A DNA stretch of 50,644 bases from Nitrospirota bacterium (lineage in GTDB: Bacteria > Nitrospirota > Thermodesulfovibrionia > Thermodesulfovibrionales > JdFR-86): contig JARRNG010000007.1 of the NCBI GenBank assembly GCA_037385265.1, positions 1 to 50,644 on the forward strand. Direction: 5' to 3'. A program made the translations under genes and the position numbers. Of this stretch, positions 44,748-50,644 are shown in pieces. Under the pieces are notes generated by a model. The model worked only from the letters and a program-made list of their open reading frames with translations, was not told where the DNA came from and did not search any database. Each line of letters begins with the position of its first letter. Position 1 is the first letter of the stretch.

Positions 44748-46185
44748 GGTATTTCTCCTAACCCTTTGCTCGTTGCCCGGAGTCATCACTTTCATCGAAT
44801 TGCTCCTGAGGCTTCCGCTTAGAAAACGCGTAAGCGAGTTGGCGGCGGCCTCGAACAAGGCCATCCATGTCATAAGGTCCCCTAGTATCTCCGACCACTG
44901 GAAGGAAAAGGCAGTGCCGCGCTATGCGAGGCAGACGATGGCCTTGAGCATATCGCTGACATTCTACTTAATAGTATTGTTCATGGTTTTTTCCGTCGTA
45001 TTCTGCCTGATGGGACTGGTATTCCTTGGAAGCCTGCGAGAGGTGCTGGAGCTTACCTACAACCCAGTGACACTTGTGCTAACGGTATTTCTCGGCACTT
45101 TTTACGCTTTGCTGAGGAAGAAGATTAGGAAGCCGGAATCGCGATCTTCGTCGGATTACAACCTGCCTTCAAGAATATTGCATCATATAGCACTTGGCAA
45201 TTCGGCGGTAAAGGAAATGGCTTTCGATATCGACTGCATGATGACCAGGTACCTCGGCATTAAGTCCTCTTCGCCTGTTTTCGTCTCCGGATTGGCGCGC
45301 GCCGGCACTTCCATACTCCTTGAGGCCCTTTACTCCACAGGCTCTTTTGCCACTCTTACTTACAGGGACATGCCCTTCGTAACCGCCCCGTATCTCTGGA
45401 GCAGAATTACGGCGCAGCATAGGGTAAGGGAAAGTTCCAAGAAGGAAAGGGCGCACGGAGATCGCCTCTATGTAAACTATGACAGCCCTGAGGCTTTTGA
45501 GGAAGCTTTTTGGCTGACCTTTACAGATCCCCCGTATGTCAAGGACACGCATCTTGAAATACAGTCTCCTGATGAGAATCTGTCCAAGAAATATAGAAAG
45601 TATGTCGGCAATATCCTTGCGAGGCACAGGGATTCGCCTCCCCGAAGATATCTGGCGAAGAATAATAATAATCTGACGCGCATCAATACAATCATATCGG
45701 CGTTCCCCGACGCTATCATCATCGTCCCCTTCCGGAATCCCGCTGACCACGCCAAATCTCTGCAGATTCAGCATGAAAGGTTTCTACAGAGGCATGCGGA
45801 GGATCCTTTTTCGCTGAAATACATGAACTGGCTGGGCCATTTCGAATTTGGAGCGAACTTCAAACCCTTCAATGTATCCCCCCGGGCGTTGCCTGAAACT
45901 CAGGAAGAACCGGAGAATTTTGAGTATTGGATGCGCTATTGGGAATGCGTTTATGCTTTCCTCCTGGAGCGTCATGCCGCCGATGTCATCTTCTTCGACT
46001 ACGACAAACTTTGCGATGAGCCGGAGAGTGTCCTTTCCCGGCTGGAGGAGAGACTGGCCCTGGGCAGAGACTCGCTGAAGGAGTTCTCTGCCAACATCGA
46101 ATGCGCCAGGAGACACGTGTCTCAACAGGGTTTGCCGTCGCAAATTCAGAATACGTATGACCTGCTGCGCGGATTATCCTTGTAG
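44734..46185 (+). CDS. Membrane-anchored PAPS-type sulfotransferase-family protein
   Basis: The N-terminal third is hydrophobic. It has a 5'-PSB-like loop VFVSGLARAGTSILLEAL and a 3'-PB-like IIVPFRNPADHAKSL. The start was set to ATG 44734. Confidence 0.65.
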   Translation: MSPGRVFLLTLCSLPGVITFIELLLRLPLRKRVSELAAASNKAIHVIRSPSISDHWKEKAVPRYARQTMALSISLTFYLIVLFMVFSVVFCLMGLVFLGSLREVLELTYNPVTLVLTVFLGTFYALLRKKIRKPESRSSSDYNLPSRILHHIALGNSAVKEMAFDIDCMMTRYLGIKSSSPVFVSGLARAGTSILLEALYSTGSFATLTYRDMPFVTAPYLWSRITAQHRVRESSKKERAHGDRLYVNYDSPEAFEEAFWLTFTDPPYVKDTHLEIQSPDENLSKKYRKYVGNILARHRDSPPRRYLAKNNNNLTRINTIISAFPDAIIIVPFRNPADHAKSLQIQHERFLQRHAEDPFSLKYMNWLGHFEFGANFKPFNVSPRALPETQEEPENFEYWMRYWECVYAFLLERHAADVIFFDYDKLCDEPESVLSRLEERLALGRDSLKEFSANIECARRHVSQQGLPSQIQNTYDLLRGLSL

Positions 46186-46340
46186 CTAAAGCCTTCGATA
46201 CATGACCGAGGAAGCAGACAAAAATTTATAGATGTCTTCTGCCGTGTATGGTTACGTTTCGGTTACGTTTAGTAGCCTAGAGAAAAATCAGGCAGCCGCC
46301 CTTGGTGGACAACTGCCTGATAAGAAAAAGAAGTTCATGA

Positions 46341-46379
46341 TAGGCGCGGGCGGTTTTGAACCGCCGACCTCTACCGTGT
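46341..46379 (-). repeat. tRNA 3'-end fragment (T-arm plus acceptor 3' strand), att-like direct repeat copy 1
   Basis: The minus strand reads ACACGGTAGAGGTCGGCGGTTCAAAACCGCCCGCGCCTA. It is identical over 39 nt to 48107-48145. No complementary 5' acceptor strand follows, so it is not an intact tRNA. Confidence 0.7.
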
Positions 46380-46848
46380 TAAGGAGACTCAAAGGGGACC
46401 TCCCCTTTTCAGGTTAGTTACAACATCATGAATCTGTTACGATTTTAGGCTATTCTGAGAATGAACCTTTCCCGCTGTTTTCATCGGTTTCGGTCTGGTT
46501 ACTGGACAAAAAACTATACAGAAGCACCCCGATGCTCAGGCCAGGGGGGTCGGAGGCACAATGCATCATGACCCTTCGTCTTACATATGCGTGTATCATG
46601 ACGTAACAATCTTGACACCTACGGAAGTGGGTGGGTATACTACTTATTATTCGCTTCACTTAGCAATAATATACATACTTTTCCCGTTAGTCTTTGTTTG
46701 TGTAGGCCCTTACAACTCCATCGTATGTTGAAAGGATGCACTCTTTATTCGGTAGTATTATAGGGGTAATGGGTCATAAATATAATGACTATTGTGTTCA
46801 ATCCTGCGAAATAGAATTACTTTCGGTTAGCGTTGGGGGGAAGAAGAA

Positions 46849-47430
46849 ATGAAATTATTAATATCTGCTCTACTCGTCTTATTAACAGTATGTTTATTAC
46901 TATCTAATAGTTACGCTGAACAACCATCCTTTTTTGCAACAATACACAAGTCAGATGGCACTAAGATTGAAATTATTGAGTTTCTTGAACCAGACCCAGG
47001 CATGGAAGGGACATACAATGGACAAAGATTACATATTCCATTCAGTAAAATCAGGAAAGCGGAGGTCATTGGAAAATTAATTTGCAATTCCCAGTGTTAT
47101 GCTAAATATAGAATAACAAATGATATAGGTGAGGAATTTATTATTGAAGATGCGAATATATCATCCCATGGGGGGAAAAAGTGCTGTGCAATATTTTATA
47201 ACGAGTTCAATCCCATAACCCGAGAAGTTGCCAAAAAAGTATTTCGCGTTCCACGGAATATGACTATGATTACGATTGGTGATCAAAAAAATACAATGAA
47301 GTATAACCCAAGGACAGGGAAATTTTATCCTTCTAATTTTGAATTTGACCCTATTACTGGTGAAGAACTCATCTCGAAAGACCCTTCAGAGATAGAACCA
47401 AACGTCAACACGATAGAAGTTCCGCTGTAG
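46849..47430 (+). CDS. Hypothetical secreted protein (AT-rich gene)
   Basis: 193 aa. The signal peptide is MKLLISALLVLLTVCLLLSNSYA. GGGGGAAG lies upstream. I recognised no family. Confidence 0.55.
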   Translation: MKLLISALLVLLTVCLLLSNSYAEQPSFFATIHKSDGTKIEIIEFLEPDPGMEGTYNGQRLHIPFSKIRKAEVIGKLICNSQCYAKYRITNDIGEEFIIEDANISSHGGKKCCAIFYNEFNPITREVAKKVFRVPRNMTMITIGDQKNTMKYNPRTGKFYPSNFEFDPITGEELISKDPSEIEPNVNTIEVPL

Positions 47431-47541
47431 GTATCGACCTTCTCAGTAGATAGCTACACAGTCGATAGGTGGCTATTTAGGCCTCTAAGCCAGCTTTTCA
47501 ACCTTAGACATTTCACCCCCCGCATCTCTGCAGTGGGAGGA

Positions 47542-47797
47542 ATGGACACAATGAATAGAGATAAGTCAAATCGAGACTCATATGATTCAAGTTATCGTGA
47601 GAAAGTCCTTAAACATGTCTTCATTTCTAAGCTTTTGCAAAAGGCATGGCTTAATGATAGAACAATAGAAATTCCTTAGGTCGGAAGTGAATAATTCTGG
47701 ATATGACCCCGTTCTCGAATGCGGTAATATAAGCCGCCATATCCAGCTAAAGGGATCACGGAGACATGCTTCGACATCTCAGGTGTCAACCTTATGA
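47542..47797 (+). pseudogene. Frameshifted and truncated fragment of a PD-(D/E)xK-like nuclease-fold gene
   Basis: MDTMNRDKSNRDSYDSSYREKVLKHVFISKLLQKAWLNDRTIEIP stops at TAG 47677. Removing one C restores ..[29 protein letters not shown]. The homology stops where the integrase fragment begins. Confidence 0.4.
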
Positions 47798-48074
47798 CGA
47801 CGTCAAAAGGAGCTTCCAGACGGCTCTCAAGCGCTCGGGGATAGTCGATTTCAGGTTTCATGACCTTAGGCACACCTTCGCATCCCATCTCGTGATGGCC
47901 GGAGTGGACGTGACGACCGTAAAGGAGCTTCTCGGCCACAAAACTTAAACCATGACCCTTAGGTATGCCCACCTTGCACCGGCCCACAAGGTCAAGGCTG
48001 TTGACCTGCTGGACAGCGCACTGAACAGCAAGCCAACTATACAAAAACTATACAATCCAAAAACAAGGGGCTAA
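47766..48074 (+). pseudogene. Tyrosine recombinase/integrase, C-terminal roughly 95 codons only, with an in-frame TAA
   Basis: ..[35 protein letters not shown](47946-47948)-TMTLRYAHLAPAHKVKAV.. carries the HxxR, H and catalytic Y boxes. The N-terminal two thirds are absent. Confidence 0.75.
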
Positions 48075-48096
48075 CCTGTGTTGGTTAACCCCTTGT
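48062..48096 (+). terminator. Hairpin terminator after the integrase remnant
   Basis: AACAAGGGGCTAACC / GGTTAACCCCTTGTT forms a stem of about 15 bp with one mismatch. TTTT follows it. Confidence 0.5.
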
Positions 48097-48103
48097 TTTA
48101 AAA

Positions 48104-48145
48104 TGGTAGGCGCGGGCGGTTTTGAACCGCCGACCTCTACCGTGT
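48104..48145 (-). repeat. tRNA 3'-end fragment with encoded CCA, att-like direct repeat copy 2
   Basis: The minus strand reads ...GGTCGGCGGTTCAAAACCGCCCGCGCCTACCA. The flank at higher coordinates has no D-arm, anticodon arm or 5' acceptor, so it is a fragment. Confidence 0.7.
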
Positions 48146-48597
48146 CAAAGTGATTTAAACGATTTACCTAACAGGGCTTTCTACCTGCAAAATTTAGATT
48201 ATTGCTGCAACTTCAATGAGTTAGAGCATTCCATTCTTTACGCTATTTTCCGCCCTTTCGGATCCTTTGAGACGGATTTGGTTACGTTTTGGTTACGGTA
48301 TAAAAAACAGGATGGTTTCAGTCCTTGGCAGTTCAAGCCTCTCACTAACTTCCTGAAGGTGAGATTGATAAAAATTGTCGAAGGGTGTAGGTTCCAAACA
48401 GTAATTAACAGGAATAAACGGGTGTTGCTTCCCTTTCTCACTGGTATCCGCGTATGCATCATCTACAGTGGGAGCGGTGAAGATGAGGCAGACGATAACT
48501 GCAGTTGCAACCGATTTCCGTTGTGTTGGCTTGAACATAAATATCACATGTAAGGTGTTAGAATAAGCTATTTAAGTGCTGCATATCATAATTTCAT

Positions 48598-48972
48598 ATG
48601 GATATCATTATTTATATAATTTTAGGAATAATAGGTCTATACTTATTGCTTGTGATTCCAGCTGGCATTGGCGTTCTTATTGCCGAAGTTAGATTCCGAA
48701 AGTCACCATATAGAGAACATATTGAAGAGATAATAAATCACTGGAAACAAAGACTCCAACAATTTAACGAAAGTGATTTTATTGATTTATGCGATAATCC
48801 AAAAAGAGAAATGGTTGAAAAAGATGGTATTGAGTTTAGCATATCCTTACAGGCAAGAAAGATAAAGATTAACAAATCCTTTGAAGTTATTATATCGATA
48901 GGCAAACTAAAACCTATAACCTTTGGTCATGCTGAGAAATTTGTTATCAAACCAAACAAAATAGCATCTTAA
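48598..48972 (+). CDS. Hypothetical membrane-anchored protein (very AT-rich gene)
   Basis: 124 aa. The N-terminal TM segment is IIIYIILGIIGLYLLLVIPAGIGVLIA. I recognised no family. Confidence 0.45.
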   Translation: MDIIIYIILGIIGLYLLLVIPAGIGVLIAEVRFRKSPYREHIEEIINHWKQRLQQFNESDFIDLCDNPKREMVEKDGIEFSISLQARKIKINKSFEVIISIGKLKPITFGHAEKFVIKPNKIAS

Positions 48973-49039
48973 TATAAGCGAATTAATATTTCAAATCAAA
49001 ATCTTCAATTAAGTCAAATCATAGAACTAAGAACTTGAA

Positions 49040-50420
49040 GGTGAAAGACGCAATCACAAGTACTTCCTCCTACATGGACATCGTGCTATAAATCGACAGG
49101 GAAAGGACGGCAGGAGGACTGACTTACTTCCTGGGCCTGAGAGCCCTGACTACAGTGTGTTCCCTGCCTCCCAAAGCCATTATAAGTTGATTGGGCCTTG
49201 GAGCCCTGGTTACGGACGGGTATGGGGAAGCTCTACGTAGGGATAGACGTATCCAAGGACACATCCTCGGCCCACGGTATAGGCGAGGAGGGCAACAGCC
49301 GGTTCTCGATGCTCTTTGAGATGGACGGGGCTGGGTTTGGCAGGTTGCTTTCCACAATCAAAGACAGCTGCGAGAGCATTTCGGATGTCGTTGTGGCCCT
49401 GGAATCCACGGCCTGCTACCATATCAACCTGTACTCGTTCCTGGTGGCTCAGGGGGTAGAGGCCGTCGTGGTGAACCCGCTTCTCATTGCCAACTTCGCC
49501 AGGATGTCACTGAGAAAGACGAAGACTGACAGGAAGGACGCCGAGACCATAGCGCGGTTCCTCCTTGCCCACAGGGAAGCCATATCCAAGCTCGACATCT
49601 CGCAGAAGATGCAGGACCTGAGGGACATAGCCCGGGAGCGCGAGAGCCTGTGCCATCAGCTGTCGGCCGTGAGGGTGGAGATACGGAGGCTTCTTCAGAC
49701 CACATTTCCGGAGCTGGAGCGGCTCTGCGACCCCTTTAGAAAATCCGTGCTGAACATGCTCAAGCGGTATCCATCGGCCCGTCTCGTCAGGAAGGCCAGG
49801 GCGGGCTCGGTGGCCAAGACGCTGAGGCCGACCCCGAGCAGCAGGAAGCTGACGGCCTCGCCCGAGGACATCATAGAGGCTGCGGCGTCCTCCGTTGCAT
49901 CAGTGAGCCAGGCAAAGGAGCTCATCCTTCAGGGTAAGATCGAGACGTTTGAGCACCTGGAGAAGCGGAAGAAGAAGCTCAGCGCGGTGCTCACCGAGTA
50001 CTGCGAGTCCTCGATGATTGAAGACCTCGAAATACTGACCTCCATCAAGGGCATAAGCAACGGCACGGCGACAACGTTTCTTGCCGAGGTGGGCACGATA
50101 GGCAGCTTCAGGTCATGGAAAAGCCTTATCGCCTATGCCGGGCTTGACCCGACGGTGCACCAGTCAGGGAAGTTCGAGGGCAAGAGCAGGATATCAAAGC
50201 GTGGGAACCGCCACCTCAGAAGGGTCGTCTGGATCATGACCGGCTCCGTTATCACTCACAACACGGTCTTCAAAGAATATTTTATGAAGAAAAAAGCCGA
50301 AGGACAGGCACCCAAGAAGGCGATATTTGCGACGTCCCACAAGCTCCTGCGGCTTATACACGCCATGCTCACGCAACGAACCCATTACCAGGAGAGGTGC
50401 GTCTAGTTGACTGTAATCCA
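49040..50420 (+). mobile_element. IS110-family insertion sequence (ends not determinable by eye)
   Basis: A G+C-richer block sits inside AT-rich DNA. It holds a single DEDD-type transposase gene. No terminal inverted repeats are visible, which is usual for IS110. Confidence 0.55.
49222..50406 (+). CDS. IS110-family (DEDD/RuvC-like) transposase
   Basis: MGKLYVGIDVSKDTSSAH..., ..VALESTACYH.., KTDRKDAETIARF, and C-terminal IKGISNGTATTFLAEVG..F.S.KSLIAYAGLDPTVHQSGK...SKRGNRHLRR. Confidence 0.9.
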   Translation: MGKLYVGIDVSKDTSSAHGIGEEGNSRFSMLFEMDGAGFGRLLSTIKDSCESISDVVVALESTACYHINLYSFLVAQGVEAVVVNPLLIANFARMSLRKTKTDRKDAETIARFLLAHREAISKLDISQKMQDLRDIARERESLCHQLSAVRVEIRRLLQTTFPELERLCDPFRKSVLNMLKRYPSARLVRKARAGSVAKTLRPTPSSRKLTASPEDIIEAAASSVASVSQAKELILQGKIETFEHLEKRKKKLSAVLTEYCESSMIEDLEILTSIKGISNGTATTFLAEVGTIGSFRSWKSLIAYAGLDPTVHQSGKFEGKSRISKRGNRHLRRVVWIMTGSVITHNTVFKEYFMKKKAEGQAPKKAIFATSHKLLRLIHAMLTQRTHYQERCV

Positions 50421-50644
50421 GAAGCGCTGCTTAGGTATAATTTTGAGGATTCTAAATGGTAATTCAGAAAGGGTAATGAGGGATTGGGGTATGGTATCCC
50501 CGGAATTGTCCGAATTGCTTTTACCATGGAGAAAAGAAGATATTGATAATTTCAGAGAATCCTAAAAGGAGCATCCTTCCCCCAATACTGCTACCCCTTG
50601 ATGCGTCACTTTTCAAATATCACACATTCCGTTAGGTGTCAAGC

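Larger units (their letters stand above)
46341..48145. mobile_element. Remnant of a tRNA-targeting integrative element bounded by 39-bp direct repeats
   Basis: The direct repeats lie at 46341 and 48107. The interior is AT-rich by eye. It holds a tyrosine-integrase C-terminal fragment next to the right repeat and other decayed ORFs. Confidence 0.55.

Noticed and set aside
46232-46417. Track ORFs crossing the tRNA fragments and flanks (46232-46417, 48122-48553, 48238-48462, 48293-48547, 46450-46659).
   Set aside because: They run through att-like repeats or AT-rich spacer and have no RBS or recognisable motifs. 48293-48547 (minus strand) has a signal-peptide-like start, but the support is too weak to call.
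46341-46420. An intact tRNA gene at 46341-46420, or at 48104-48185.
   Set aside because: Only the T-arm and acceptor 3' strand are present. The sequence at higher coordinates contains no AGGCGCG 5' acceptor strand, D-arm or anticodon stem-loop. The two copies diverge immediately after the 39-nt shared segment.
41046-50644. Recognisable phage or defence systems (restriction-modification, toxin-antitoxin, CBASS-like and so on) in the accessory region.
   Set aside because: Apart from a decayed PD-(D/E)xK-like fragment, I recognised no nuclease, methylase, NTPase or toxin motifs in the intact ORFs. The orphan AT-rich genes (46849-47430 and 48598-48972) remain uncharacterised rather than assigned.

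Overview
This is a 50.6-kb bacterial chromosomal segment that is G+C-rich and densely coding. I found no rRNA, no CRISPR array and no intact tRNA. Positions 1 to about 41,050 are core genome. They hold the conserved strings yicC-remA-gmk-rpoZ-coaBC and pgpA-cinA-thpR-recA-(pilT)-recX-alaS, plus bioD, purC, an ABC-2 exporter, phasin-ubiB, a thiol and redox cluster (nitroreductase-tpx-rhodanese-nfu), iorAB, a radical SAM and PfkB kinase pair, and norCB. From about 41,050 to the end the composition drops, judged by eye, and the DNA looks accessory and mosaic. It contains a sulfotransfer cassette (two ASST-like beta-propeller proteins, a mini membrane protein and a membrane-anchored PAPS-type sulfotransferase). 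It also contains a decayed integrative element bounded by two 39-bp copies of a tRNA 3' end, AT-rich orphan genes and an IS110-family insertion sequence. The most notable observation is a signal-peptide rhodanese gene (25945-26337). The ORF track truncates it, but the same frame continues through two TGA codons (Y-TGA-A-TGA-P) at what I recall as the Cys-x-Cys active-site loop. A hairpin follows directly, which makes it a candidate U-x-U selenoprotein. Other items are tandem 35-aa mini membrane protein paralogues and a translationally coupled trio of unknown small genes after nfu. ubiB has no in-frame ATG/GTG/TTG start. pilT sits between recA and recX. NorC carries an extra haem c domain. A sigma-54-driven lipoprotein carries only half an OmpA domain. 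All family calls come from reading motifs by eye, and no database searches were run.
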